Shown: positions 29,211-39,709, numbered from the whole stretch's first letter. The stretch is 62,880 bases of DNA, filler included, from 3 parts of 3 records of this genome joined end to end with filler, not necessarily neighbours in it, one strand, 5' to 3'. The notes: generated from the letters alone by a model not told the origin. Made by a program: numbers and translations.

Positions 29211-30971
29211 ATGCCTTATATTCGATCCTTCCTTGTGCTGCTATGTGTAGTAATCAGTATTCAATCTGCTTTTTCCCAAGAAAAATACAATCTGAATTTT
29301 AATGATTTTGATCCAAACGAAGAGCGCTTGCCTGAAGGCTGGTTCGTATGGGGTGATTTTAAAACCGTTGTTGGGGATCGAGAAAATCCAAACAATGCAG
29401 TAGGTAAAATAGTATCCGACAAAAAAGGAAAATTTGGATGCATTGCCTATCAAATTCCAGCAAATTATATCGGAGATACCATTGTACTATCAGGTAAAAT
29501 CAAGTATGAAAAGGTCAAAAATTATGTAGGGCTGCTCATACGTATTGATGGTAAAAAATCAGTAGCCTTTAGAAGTATGCAATACTTGCAAATGCGGGGT
29601 TCTAGGGATTGGAAAGAATATTCGATAAAACTTCCTTATCCTACGAACGCCGCAAACATCTATGTGGGCGGAATTTTAGGCAAAGGAGGTACGGCTTGGT
29701 TTGATGATTTTAAGGTGACTATAGACGGAAAAGACATCCAGACCCTTGAAGAAACACCAGTTCAGACTTTAGCGCAAGTAGATAGTAAACAGCTACAACA
29801 GGCGATCAAGCAAGCTTCAAGTCCGCTGGATTGGTCTACAGATGCTCAATTGAGTAAAGATCTGGATGCATTAATTGAGAAGGTGGGAGATAAGCGCATT
29901 GTAGCCTTAGGAGAAAGTACGCATGGCACTTCCGAATTTTACAAGTTAAGAGCTTTACTTACGAAGAGATTAGTAGAAGAAAAGGGCTTTAATCAGGTGG
30001 TTTTAGAAAACCCCTATGACAATATCGAACGTTTAAATATGGAATTGAATACCAAACTGCTTGACAGTCTAATCAAGAGGGACCTGTTCTCCATTTATCA
30101 GACCGAAGAGGTGAAATCCTTTTTAGAATGGTACAAAAACAAGCGTACTAAAGTTGATGTGGAATTCAAGGGATGTGACGATTCCTATTGGTCTTTCCTT
30201 GAAGTCTTGACCGATCGATTAAAAGATATTCCGGATAACCAGTTGGAGCTACAAGTACAACAGCTTAAAACCCACGTATCGAAATCAACTAAAGCTAACC
30301 GCAAGAAAGAAATTCGGTTCAACAATTTGATCTATGAGGATATCGTCCAAATCGAAAAGTATCTAAAAGACGCCAATATGCTTGATGAGGATCTTGAAGA
30401 GCTCCTGTTCAACGGGAAGAATTCCTATATCAATTATGTGCACATAAAAAATGGCAAACCCATTCAAAGTCGGGACAAAATCATGGCAGATCGAATAGCG
30501 TATTTGGCTAGAGATAATAATAATAAGATCATTGTCTGGGCGCATAATGCACACATTGCTAACGAAGTCATAGCAGACAACGAAATAGGTGTTATGGGGA
30601 GAGATCTAAAAGCAGTCTTTGGGGAAGATTACTACACAATAGGGCAAATGACTTCAGAAGGGACCTATTCCTATATGGAGGAGAAGTTGATCAATGCGGA
30701 TAAGGATTATTCCGAAATACTTAAAACAGCAGTATTGCAGCAGCAAGACGAACTCTTATGGGAAGATCTATTCGCTGGGTGTTCTGAAGCGTTTATACTA
30801 GATCAAAAAGAACTAAAGAAGTCTTTTGATAAACGTATTATGGGACTTACCAAGTTGGTTGGTTATGCCAAAGAAACTGAAAAAGACCAGTATTTCTTAC
30901 CGCTTATGGAATATTACGATTCCCTGATTTACATTAACAAAACCCAAGCGACTTCACTTCTTTTTGATTAA
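29211..30971 (+). CDS. Secreted erythromycin-esterase-family protein with an N-terminal beta-sandwich-like domain
   Basis: Signal peptide; RIVALGESTHGTSEF, RDKIMAD and IIVWAHNAHI motifs. Confidence 0.85.
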   Translation: MPYIRSFLVLLCVVISIQSAFSQEKYNLNFNDFDPNEERLPEGWFVWGDFKTVVGDRENPNNAVGKIVSDKKGKFGCIAYQIPANYIGDTIVLSGKIKYEKVKNYVGLLIRIDGKKSVAFRSMQYLQMRGSRDWKEYSIKLPYPTNAANIYVGGILGKGGTAWFDDFKVTIDGKDIQTLEETPVQTLAQVDSKQLQQAIKQASSPLDWSTDAQLSKDLDALIEKVGDKRIVALGESTHGTSEFYKLRALLTKRLVEEKGFNQVVLENPYDNIERLNMELNTKLLDSLIKRDLFSIYQTEEVKSFLEWYKNKRTKVDVEFKGCDDSYWSFLEVLTDRLKDIPDNQLELQVQQLKTHVSKSTKANRKKEIRFNNLIYEDIVQIEKYLKDANMLDEDLEELLFNGKNSYINYVHIKNGKPIQSRDKIMADRIAYLARDNNNKIIVWAHNAHIANEVIADNEIGVMGRDLKAVFGEDYYTIGQMTSEGTYSYMEEKLINADKDYSEILKTAVLQQQDELLWEDLFAGCSEAFILDQKELKKSFDKRIMGLTKLVGYAKETEKDQYFLPLMEYYDSLIYINKTQATSLLFD

Positions 30972-31053
30972 TAACTCAGAATACCTGTTTGATAGATAGG
31001 TTTCAGTTTTACAATTCAAATAGTTTAAGCAAGAAGGAGGAAGCCGTAATATA

Positions 31054-31875
31054 CTACCATTGAAAACTGGCGAATACTGGTAAATGATCTGACGCATAGT
31101 GTTCATCAATTACTAGATGGTTGTTCAGCTTGAAAAAAGACTTTGGTTTAAAGGCTATAAAATCAATAGCCTTTGACGGATTTTCTACGGGGATTGTGGG
31201 CGGACAAGAGGAGCAGGTTCTTGTAAATACGCTATCGAGTGAGGTAATTACTGGACTGTTTGCTACGGTATTAAAATCTCCAGCCACCAGCACAGGTTGG
31301 TTTAAATTGGTAGTGATATTTAATAGTTCTTCTATTTGTAAGATCCGGTTGGTATCTTCTTTCTGAGAATCTAAATGGGTACTTGCAAACCAAATGGTCT
31401 GCGCATCCGGTAACTGGATCAATGACAGCGCCAAAACTCGAGGTTCTCCGTGAGTTTTAGGTTTTGAAGGAAGTTTATAGACCTTAGATGCTATAATAGG
31501 GAATCGAGAAAGAATAGCAACACCGTATGCTCCGTTTTGAAAATCTATTGACTTACCAAAGAATACCTGCATTCCCAGGGCATCTCCAATCTTTTGGGCT
31601 TGATTTCCAGAACCCGAGCGCTCCGTATCTGAATCGATTTCTTGTAAAGCAACGAGATCTGCATCACTATCTTTGATGACTTGAATGATGGCTGAGAGAT
31701 CTATACTGTCCTTATGCATCGGCGGATTCGCGTGATGAATGTTATAGCTTAAGACCTTCAGTTGATTGGAGGAGTTTCCAAAAGTAGCCGTGGAGCGCTC
31801 TTGAGAAAGCATTGGGTAAAAGGATAAAAAAAGGATTATCTTGAAGATAATCCCTTTAGTCATTTTTGTATGCAT
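31054..31875 (-). CDS. Endonuclease/exonuclease/phosphatase (EEP) family protein
   Basis: VLSYNIHH, VALQEID, STHLD, AGDFN, IDFI, ASDHLPV; start uncertain (31893/31875/31863). Confidence 0.88.
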   Translation of the reverse strand: MHTKMTKGIIFKIILFLSFYPMLSQERSTATFGNSSNQLKVLSYNIHHANPPMHKDSIDLSAIIQVIKDSDADLVALQEIDSDTERSGSGNQAQKIGDALGMQVFFGKSIDFQNGAYGVAILSRFPIIASKVYKLPSKPKTHGEPRVLALSLIQLPDAQTIWFASTHLDSQKEDTNRILQIEELLNITTNLNQPVLVAGDFNTVANSPVITSLDSVFTRTCSSCPPTIPVENPSKAIDFIAFKPKSFFKLNNHLVIDEHYASDHLPVFASFQW

Positions 31876-31905
31876 AGTGTTGTATGGGTTCATTAGGTAA
31901 AGCTA

Positions 31906-32763
31906 TTAGTTCTCTGTTAGTTCAACTTTTGCAATCACAGGAAAGTGATCAGAGATATAGCGATCTCCGCGTTGTCCATCTAAAATTTGTAAAGTTAAGG
32001 GTTGCACCCCTCCCGAGTAGAATATGTTATCTATTCTACTATCTGAGGTTCTTCCTGTTGCATCCCATCCATTAGCACTGTATTCGGGACCATAGACCTG
32101 ATCTGCATCTAAAGTAAGGTACGGATCTTTCAATCCGGAGCTTAAGAGGGTAGCGATAGCCTCACTTTTCGGCGAACTATTAAAATCACCCGTGAGTAGC
32201 ACGGGGGAGGTTCCGGCAATTTCCTTAATTTTTTGAGTAAGTAAAGCTGCACTTGCTATTCGAGCTTGTTTTCCTCGGTGATCAAAATGCGTATTGAAGT
32301 GATAGAAGCTTACTCCAGAGTGTTTATCTTTAAATAAAGCCCAAGTTACAATACGGGGTAAAGCCGCGTCCCAACCCTTGGAAGCGACAACATCTGGTGT
32401 TTCTGAAAGCCAAAAGGTATTGCTATCTAAAACTTCAAAGCGCTCTTTTTTATAGAAAATCGCAGAGTACTCTCCTTGAGTTGCACCTTCGCGACCTATA
32501 CCTACGTGCGCGTAATAAGGTAGGAGTACTTCCATATCCAAAAGTTGGGTATGGGTGACTTCTTGGGTACCAATAAGGTCTGCTTGATAAAACCGAATAC
32601 TGTGGGTGAGCCAGTCTTTACGCTGCTCCCATATATTGATCCCGTCTTCAGGACTATTATAGCGTATATTGAACGAACTTATTACAAGTTCCCTCTTGCT
32701 TTTCTGAGCATTTACACTGCTGAATAGGAGCAGTGCAAATGCAATAGATACTAGGGTTCTCAT
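31906..32763 (-). CDS. Secreted EEP-family protein
   Basis: SFNIRY, GTQE, FWLSETP, NTHFDH, GDFN, SDHFPV; ATG overlaps the susD stop (TAATG). Confidence 0.9.
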   Translation of the reverse strand: MRTLVSIAFALLLFSSVNAQKSKRELVISSFNIRYNSPEDGINIWEQRKDWLTHSIRFYQADLIGTQEVTHTQLLDMEVLLPYYAHVGIGREGATQGEYSAIFYKKERFEVLDSNTFWLSETPDVVASKGWDAALPRIVTWALFKDKHSGVSFYHFNTHFDHRGKQARIASAALLTQKIKEIAGTSPVLLTGDFNSSPKSEAIATLLSSGLKDPYLTLDADQVYGPEYSANGWDATGRTSDSRIDNIFYSGGVQPLTLQILDGQRGDRYISDHFPVIAKVELTEN

Positions 32764-34502
32764 TAGTTCCAACCAGGGTTTTGTTCCAGATTAGGATTGA
32801 GTTGTAATTCTATACGCGGTATAGGGTAGAGATAATCCTTGTTTTCATCAAAACTTCTGTTGTTAAAATCCGGATGAGGATCAATCAATCCATTCATGTC
32901 CAAGGTGAAATCTGAATCTAAGCGATAATATTGAATTCCGCTTATTGGATTCGCTGGTCGTTCTCCTTCATAAAGCACGACATTTATAGCACCATCTCCG
33001 GTAAGGTCATATTCACCTGGTCCGGGGAAGTATAAACCTCGAATAGGTTGGGTAAGGGTTTGGCCGGCTTTCCAGCGCACCACATCATCCCATCTGAAGT
33101 TTTCCATATACAATTCAATGCGTCGCTCTCGTCTTATTTCTAAAATAACACCAGTATTTGCTCCGGTTACATCGGGATACTGAGCTGCCATAAACGAATC
33201 TGGTGCTGCATTTGCTGTATCTAGATTCAAATCAGGCATACCAACGCGTTGTCTTAGTAAATTAATGGAATTATTGAGATCTTCTTGAGATAGCGTTCCT
33301 AATTCAGCTTTAGCTTCTGCATAATTCAAGAGCACTTCTCCAAAACGATAGATAGGAAGATCCGTAATAGACTGCCCATTGGTATCATAAACCGGCTCGG
33401 TCACATACTTTATGATTTGATAACCGGTAACTGTAGCTCCAAGATTAGGAGCCAACTCAATACTTTGTCCTTTTCGGGTATATCCTGGAGTGCGTATCGT
33501 CTGTGCCAAACGAGGGTCTCGATTTTGAACTTCTTCAGTAAAGGACAGTTGATTATAGCCTGCTCTATCTGTAAAACGCGTTCCATCAGCATTCAGATAG
33601 CTATTTACAAGATCTTTCGGCATACCTGGACGACCATACGAACTTGTCGTGGTGTAGTAATTTACATTATGACCAATATTAAGATCTTCCGAATAGGCGC
33701 GGGCTAAGATCACTTCAGTTTCATTAGCATCATGTGAATTAAACAACTCTAGATAATCTTGTTCCGGATTTCCTGTGCTGTAAATCTGATAAGGAGAATC
33801 TTCAATCAATGCAGTTGATGCTGCTACAGAGGCTTCTAGGTATTTTTCATAACCGTCAATCCCTCTATATTTCTCGTAAGTTCCCTCATAAAGTCCGATC
33901 CTTGATTTTAAAGCCAAAGCCGTATACTTAGTCACTTCATATGTATTTTGCTCTTCATTGAGGTTTTCAATGGCCCAGTCTAGATCTTCAAGCATTTTAT
34001 CAACAACATACTGTCTTGAGTCTCTAGGTTTGGTAAGGGCTTCAGTATCGTCTGGAGCTATGGGAGCGTCATACCAGGGTAAAGCACCAAAGCGTTGGAA
34101 CTTATCGAAGTAAAACCGCGCTCTAAAAAAGCGAGCTACCCCTCCATAATGGGCTTTAGCCGCTTCATCATCAGATTTTTCGTATTCCTGAAGAAAGAAA
34201 TTGATGTCGCGCAAATATTCCCAATTCCAACCGCCTCCGGTCGTAGGTACTAGCCTTGCGCCACGCATTTCTTCACTCAATTCAGTTTGTATAATATTGT
34301 CTGTACTCGCTTCTCCGTTGTAGATGGAAGTACTGGGCCACATCCGGTAAAACCCGTTGGTGTACAGTTGAAGATCACTAGCGGTATTGAAAAAGGTTTC
34401 AGCAGTAATTTCAGATAGCGGTTGCTTGTCTAAAAAATCATCACTGCACGAACTGATGCTGGTTGCTACAAGCAAACCGGCAAGTATATGTTTAACTTTC
34501 AT
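32763..34502 (-). CDS. susD: SusD/RagB family nutrient-binding lipoprotein
   Basis: Lipobox SSC-SDDFLD, RFGEVLLNYAEA, IRRERRIEL...RWDDVVRW, YLYPIP...NPNLEQNPGW. Confidence 0.93.
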   Translation of the reverse strand: MKVKHILAGLLVATSISSCSDDFLDKQPLSEITAETFFNTASDLQLYTNGFYRMWPSTSIYNGEASTDNIIQTELSEEMRGARLVPTTGGGWNWEYLRDINFFLQEYEKSDDEAAKAHYGGVARFFRARFYFDKFQRFGALPWYDAPIAPDDTEALTKPRDSRQYVVDKMLEDLDWAIENLNEEQNTYEVTKYTALALKSRIGLYEGTYEKYRGIDGYEKYLEASVAASTALIEDSPYQIYSTGNPEQDYLELFNSHDANETEVILARAYSEDLNIGHNVNYYTTTSSYGRPGMPKDLVNSYLNADGTRFTDRAGYNQLSFTEEVQNRDPRLAQTIRTPGYTRKGQSIELAPNLGATVTGYQIIKYVTEPVYDTNGQSITDLPIYRFGEVLLNYAEAKAELGTLSQEDLNNSINLLRQRVGMPDLNLDTANAAPDSFMAAQYPDVTGANTGVILEIRRERRIELYMENFRWDDVVRWKAGQTLTQPIRGLYFPGPGEYDLTGDGAINVVLYEGERPANPISGIQYYRLDSDFTLDMNGLIDPHPDFNNRSFDENKDYLYPIPRIELQLNPNLEQNPGWN

Positions 34503-34513
34503 AAGGATGTTTT

Positions 34514-37500
34514 TTAAAATTTAAGAGATAAGCCTAAAGAATAGGTTTCTGAAAATGGATTGGTTTGAGCTGTTCCTCGATTTGCAGAGGTAGAGGGACT
34601 GTTTAAATTCACAGAAGCACTTGCGGCTTCCGGATCGATATAATCGGTCAGTTTAGAAAAGGTCAGAAGGTTTTCGCCACTGAAGTAGATACGCAGTTTC
34701 GTCGCAGCGGTTTTTGATATCAGTCCGTCAGGAAGTGTATAGCCTAAGGTCAGATTTTTTAGTCTGAGATAGGCCACGCTTTGTAAGTAGCGATCATTTA
34801 CTTTTTCTAAAGAACCACCAAGCGCGATATAACCGTAATTTCGGGGATAGTAAGCATCAGTATTTTCTGGGCTCCACATATCGTCTACCATATCTTTTCT
34901 GATATAAGAATTATAGGGTCTGTTGTAAGGTCCCCAAAACATTCGAGAGTCTGAATTAGGATACCAATCTTGTTTCCCTACACCCTGAAAGAACACAGAA
35001 AAATCAAAACCTTTCCAATTTGCATTAGCCAAAAAGCTGTATAAATATTGCGGAGCAGAATTCCCGATAATTTCACGGTCTCCAGGATTGTCCACGGTAT
35101 TTTCACCTTCTCCTATATAGCCATCACCATCAAGGTCTCTGTATTTTACATCGCCAGGTTGTAGCCCTCCTCCTGAAGTGATTCTATTGGAAACAAAACT
35201 CTGGTCTGCGTGATTGGCAATCTCTTCTTCGGTTTGAAAAAGTCCATCTATGCGATATCCCCAAAGTTCCCCGATGGTCATCCCTTCATAAAAGTCTACC
35301 AGACTACGGTTAGGATTATCAAAGTTGGTTATTTTGGTTTTTGAGTTGGAAAGGTTCGCAGTTACAGACCAGCTGAACGTATCTTCAGCTAATTCAAAAT
35401 AGTCATTGTAGCTCACAGAAAGTTCGAATCCTTTGGTTCTTAAATCTGCAGCATTTTCTAAAGGAGATGCAGTACCTAATACACTGGGTAGTGTAGCTCC
35501 AGGTGAAAGCATTCCTTCGGTATCTCGTTGAAACCAATCAAAAGAAGCAGATAAGTGGTTGTTGAAAACCCCTACATCAACCCCGAAGTCAAGCGTACTT
35601 ACTTTTTCCCAGGTGATCTCGCTAGGGTTTAAGGCTGGAGATTCGATATAATTTAAGCGACTTCCATTAAGAACATAGTCATACAATCCATTTGGCAAAG
35701 TCGGGAAATAAGCATAATTGCTTATGTTTTGATTTCCTAGAGAACCATAGGAAGCACGGAACTTCAGAAGATCAAAGGTTTCTCCTGTGGCATTTTCAAT
35801 AAATTGCTCTTTGTTTGCTAACCAAGCCCCTGAAAAGGAAGGGAAGAATCCCCATCGGTAGGCAGATGGAAAACGTGATGTTGCATCATATCTACCATTA
35901 AACTCAGCTACATATTTATCTTTATAATCATAGGATAGTCTATAAAATAAACCTTGAAGCGCCCACTCTGATGCACTACCAGAGGTGGTAGGATTCGATG
36001 TTGCCAGTCCTAAGGAGTTTAAGTCATTTGAAATTAAATTCTGCTTACTAGCGTTGATGCTCTTGGTAATGAACGTTTCTTGGTTGAAACCAATAGTAGC
36101 TTTTATATTATGATCTCCAAAGTATCCTTTGTACTCGCCATACACGTTGAGCGCATCGTATTTGCTTTCAGTGCGATATTCATTAAGATAATCATTTCCC
36201 ATTAGATCCAATTGTTCAGGATAAATCGAGTAGGGGATACGGGTAGAGCGTTGAAACCTGCTATACTCATTCCGTCTAATAGCATAGTTTGCATTTAAGG
36301 TTACCCCTTTGATGGGTTTAAGTTCTACAGAAGCGATGTTACTAAACTCATTATTATTGGTTTGCTGTTTAGTGGTTCCTTGTAATAGTCCGGCATACAC
36401 ACCATCACCAATCGTATAGTTATTCAGTTCCGTACGCCATAAGGCACCTCCATCAGGATTTACAGGAACATAGGAAGGCAGTGCGTGCACCCATATTAAA
36501 CTTCCCCAAAGGTTGCTGTAGTTTCCATATTGGCTACCACTGTGCTCCAGATCTTCTGAGCTGTTGTACTGCATATTGTTGGAGAACGATAACCAATCTG
36601 TGGCTTTGATATCAATTTTGCCACGTAAATTGTACTTATCGTAATAGTCGTCCTGAACTTTCAGGATCCCTTGAGATTGAAAATTACGATAGGAGAAATA
36701 GGCTTTGATTTTTTCAGAACCTCCGGAAACAGAAGCATTATAAATTTGTGTTGGATAGGTCTTTCTAAAAAAAGTATTCCACCAGTCCGTATAGCCGTAG
36801 TGCACATATTGATCACGCCCATTGCGCTGGTCAATAATTACACGGGCTAGAGAAGGGTCTTGGGAAACTTCATAAAGCGCCTGCATATCTTCTTCCGTAT
36901 AACCGGTATAAGACGCTCCGCTGTTATTTCTAAAAGCTTCATCCACGATGGAAACTGCTTTAAAAGGATCAGTAAGAAAATCGGTATTCATCGTTGGGGA
37001 GTTAATAGCTGTGGTCACTCCCAGATTCACTTGAACACTACCTTTATCCGCATTTTTAGTGGTTACTAAGACCACACCAAAGGATCCTCGCGCTCCATAG
37101 ATCGCGGCAGCTCCGGCATCTTTTAGAACACTGATTGATTCAACATCACTTGGATTGAGGTTGCTCAAGCTGCCTTCTATACCATCAATAAGAATCAGTG
37201 GTGTTCCGCCATTAATAGAGGTAAAACCTCTGATGTTAATACGAGGTTCTGCACCTATTTTACCGGTACTTTGAGTAACATTAAGTCCGGGACTTAGACC
37301 CTGAAGACTTGAGGTAACGTCGGCTACGGGTCTCTGTTCTAAATTTTCAGTGTTGACCGTGCTAACTGCGGTAGAAAGCTTTTCTCGGCTGGTTTCACCA
37401 TAACCTACGACAACCACTTCATCAAGTGCATTATTATCTGCTTGTAATTGAACTTGGATCGGGGCCAAAGATTCAATGGTGATTTCCTGAGTGGTAAATC

Positions 37501-37795
37501 CTATATAGGAAATTTTAATTACGGCAGGTAATTGAGAAACATTAAGTTCAAAGTTACCATCAAAATCAGAGGAGGCCCCATTGGTGGTATTTACTTCCAT
37601 AATAGAAGCTCCCGGTAAAGGCATTCCTGTATTGTCAAGAACCGTTCCTGTTAATTTTTGCTGATCGATGTTTGTGTTTAATGGAACGTTGGCAGCATTA
37701 ATGTAGGTTGAGCAGTAGAGTAATAAAGTAATCGTGACCAAAAATTTGGGCACAAGGGCAGGCAATTCAAAAAATTGAAGTAATTTGGTTTTCAT
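34514..37795 (-). CDS. susC: SusC/RagA TonB-dependent outer-membrane transporter
   Basis: LDEVVVVGYG, VLKDAGAAAIYGARGSFGVVLVTTK, WGFFPSFS, YLRLKNLTLGY and terminal Phe; ATG at 37795. Confidence 0.95.
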   Translation of the reverse strand: MKTKLLQFFELPALVPKFLVTITLLLYCSTYINAANVPLNTNIDQQKLTGTVLDNTGMPLPGASIMEVNTTNGASSDFDGNFELNVSQLPAVIKISYIGFTTQEITIESLAPIQVQLQADNNALDEVVVVGYGETSREKLSTAVSTVNTENLEQRPVADVTSSLQGLSPGLNVTQSTGKIGAEPRINIRGFTSINGGTPLILIDGIEGSLSNLNPSDVESISVLKDAGAAAIYGARGSFGVVLVTTKNADKGSVQVNLGVTTAINSPTMNTDFLTDPFKAVSIVDEAFRNNSGASYTGYTEEDMQALYEVSQDPSLARVIIDQRNGRDQYVHYGYTDWWNTFFRKTYPTQIYNASVSGGSEKIKAYFSYRNFQSQGILKVQDDYYDKYNLRGKIDIKATDWLSFSNNMQYNSSEDLEHSGSQYGNYSNLWGSLIWVHALPSYVPVNPDGGALWRTELNNYTIGDGVYAGLLQGTTKQQTNNNEFSNIASVELKPIKGVTLNANYAIRRNEYSRFQRSTRIPYSIYPEQLDLMGNDYLNEYRTESKYDALNVYGEYKGYFGDHNIKATIGFNQETFITKSINASKQNLISNDLNSLGLATSNPTTSGSASEWALQGLFYRLSYDYKDKYVAEFNGRYDATSRFPSAYRWGFFPSFSGAWLANKEQFIENATGETFDLLKFRASYGSLGNQNISNYAYFPTLPNGLYDYVLNGSRLNYIESPALNPSEITWEKVSTLDFGVDVGVFNNHLSASFDWFQRDTEGMLSPGATLPSVLGTASPLENAADLRTKGFELSVSYNDYFELAEDTFSWSVTANLSNSKTKITNFDNPNRSLVDFYEGMTIGELWGYRIDGLFQTEEEIANHADQSFVSNRITSGGGLQPGDVKYRDLDGDGYIGEGENTVDNPGDREIIGNSAPQYLYSFLANANWKGFDFSVFFQGVGKQDWYPNSDSRMFWGPYNRPYNSYIRKDMVDDMWSPENTDAYYPRNYGYIALGGSLEKVNDRYLQSVAYLRLKNLTLGYTLPDGLISKTAATKLRIYFSGENLLTFSKLTDYIDPEAASASVNLNSPSTSANRGTAQTNPFSETYSLGLSLKF

Positions 37796-37839
37796 CAGAA
37801 TAGAACTATGGATTTGTACTGTAGTTTTAATTTTAATGA

Positions 37840-37865
37840 CCCGTTTCTGTTGCACCAGAAACGGG
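37840..37865 (-). promoter_or_regulatory. 10-bp hairpin in the susC 5' leader
   Basis: Minus strand CCCGTTTCTG-GTGCAA-CAGAAACGGG, 45 nt upstream of the ATG. Confidence 0.6.
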
Positions 37866-38053
37866 CTTTAAATTTTTGGGCTAATTCAAAATAATGTGTC
37901 TTATAATAGGGTCTTTAGGAAGTTAGAATTCTATTTGAAGACAAAAGAAGGGCTTATTTGATTCAATTGTATTAACTGAATTTTATCTAAAACTTAAATG
38001 GTAAATGGTTTTAGTTTGAAGCTTAACTTAGAGTTTACAAAGCATTAGATTTG

Positions 38054-38078
38054 TAGAAGTTGAGTTAATCAACTTCTA
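38054..38078. repeat. 10-bp inverted repeat upstream of susC
   Basis: TAGAAGTTGA-GTTAA-TCAACTTCTA. Confidence 0.55.
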
Positions 38079-38172
38079 TATTATTTTTATAACACTGTAG
38101 AATCCAACGTCACTAAAACTATTACTACAACAATGAACAGTGACAGCATTTGTTTTTTTGAAGAACTAAAAC

Positions 38173-38263
38173 GTGGATTAATTATATCCGTGTATTGTGA
38201 GTAAAAGAATATGCTCATCAAATGCAAAAGCATATAATGGAGTTGAGGGAACTTTAAAGTTTC
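38173..38263 (+). ncRNA. Putative guide RNA 3, a diverged stand-alone copy of the dCas12f scaffold
   Basis: Exact 18-nt match CAAATGCAAAAGCATATA (38219-38236 = 28138-28155) and the same three hairpins in the same order. Confidence 0.6.
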
Positions 38264-38302
38264 AAATTATATTTAGAGCATAAAAATTTAAAGAACTTCT
38301 TT

Positions 38303-39709
38303 TCAATCAAGCATAAGGCTTGGCTCGGTAACTGTCTGATTTTCGATTGCACCTTCTTTTATAAATTCGCTTACGACCTTGTCAAAAGCCTGTGGAGCAA
38401 AGAGAGCGATAAAATGCGGTGCGTTTTGCACCTGTACAAAGGATACTGATGGATTCTTTTCTGCAATAAGCTTATAATGTTTTTTTGCGCCTTCGATATG
38501 GGTTTTAGGATCCAGCGTACCGTGAATGATCAAGGTTGGCGGCATTTTACTAGGTGTCTTTCCAAAATAGGCATCACGCGAGTAGGTCGGCATAGCGTTT
38601 TCGGCAATGAGGTTGGGTAGCGGACTTTTAAAGAGTAATCCTTCAGATTCTTGGACTACTTCGGCTTTCGTCATTTCCGGTCTTAGATTATTTTCTGAAG
38701 CGGTGATCACTTGGGTTAATGGAATTGAATTGGTAGCAGTGGGATAGGCGGATCCATAATCCGTATAAAAGCTAGTGATGTGTTGGATGGCTTGCTGCAG
38801 CGGCTCAAATTTATCGGTCTGTAGCCCCTTGATGATTTCGGGGATGGTATTCCGTACAGCAGGGAGGTCAAGCATCATCCCTAAAAGGAGGGCTAAATCT
38901 TGTTTGGGCAATTCAGCAGCAAACGCATTATCAGTTTTGGCTCGTTCTAAAATAGCTTTCAACTGAGTTTTCAATGATTCTTCATTAGAATTTCTTTGAT
39001 CAAGGTCTTGAAGTAAAGACAATCCAACATTATTGGTTACTAACGAGCGATGGCTCAAATCATAAGCAACATCTTCTTGATGCGGAACGAGAGAATCTAA
39101 AAGAACTGCATCAAAAGCTACAGTTTCCAATTGCAATAAGCGCAATACGAGTTGGGTTCCATAGGATACGCCATAGATATAGCGCTCCCCGGAACCGCTA
39201 TAGGTGTTGATCAATAAGCTCAGGTCTTTAGCCGCATTAGTAATTGTAAAAGATTTTACATAATCCAGATTAGTATACATATTATTAAAACAAGAACCCC
39301 ACTCGTCATTCGCCAAGGCCATTCCTGCGGGAGAGTCTATAGCTTCATCTTGAGGGCATAGTTTACTGGAGTATCCAGTGCCTCGGTGATCTGGAATAAA
39401 AATATCCAGATTCGGAAAAAGTTTAGAGAACTGACCGATCAAGGGATACATACTCGCTCCTGATTCTCCCGGTCCACCCGGGATCAACCAGATGGAACCT
39501 TTACGTTCTTGAACAGCCGGGAATTTTCTAACGAATAACTCAATCTTCGTAGAATCATCTTCTTTATAATTAAGCGGGGCTGTAGAGGTAAAACAAACCG
39601 AGCCATTGAGTTCAGGTATCGTATCAAGCCCAGGACAGGTTTGACTTTGTGTAGTATAAAGGTTTAAGAAGTATAGAAAAAAGATAACAAAAGGAATGCG
39701 ATTTTTCAA
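38303..39709 (-). CDS. Secreted alpha/beta hydrolase (TAP-like peptidase family)
   Basis: PGGPGESG, PDHRGTGYS, nucleophile elbow GVSYGT, HGTLDPKT, APHF; TTG start. Confidence 0.85.
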   Translation of the reverse strand: MKNRIPFVIFFLYFLNLYTTQSQTCPGLDTIPELNGSVCFTSTAPLNYKEDDSTKIELFVRKFPAVQERKGSIWLIPGGPGESGASMYPLIGQFSKLFPNLDIFIPDHRGTGYSSKLCPQDEAIDSPAGMALANDEWGSCFNNMYTNLDYVKSFTITNAAKDLSLLINTYSGSGERYIYGVSYGTQLVLRLLQLETVAFDAVLLDSLVPHQEDVAYDLSHRSLVTNNVGLSLLQDLDQRNSNEESLKTQLKAILERAKTDNAFAAELPKQDLALLLGMMLDLPAVRNTIPEIIKGLQTDKFEPLQQAIQHITSFYTDYGSAYPTATNSIPLTQVITASENNLRPEMTKAEVVQESEGLLFKSPLPNLIAENAMPTYSRDAYFGKTPSKMPPTLIIHGTLDPKTHIEGAKKHYKLIAEKNPSVSFVQVQNAPHFIALFAPQAFDKVVSEFIKEGAIENQTVTEPSLMLD

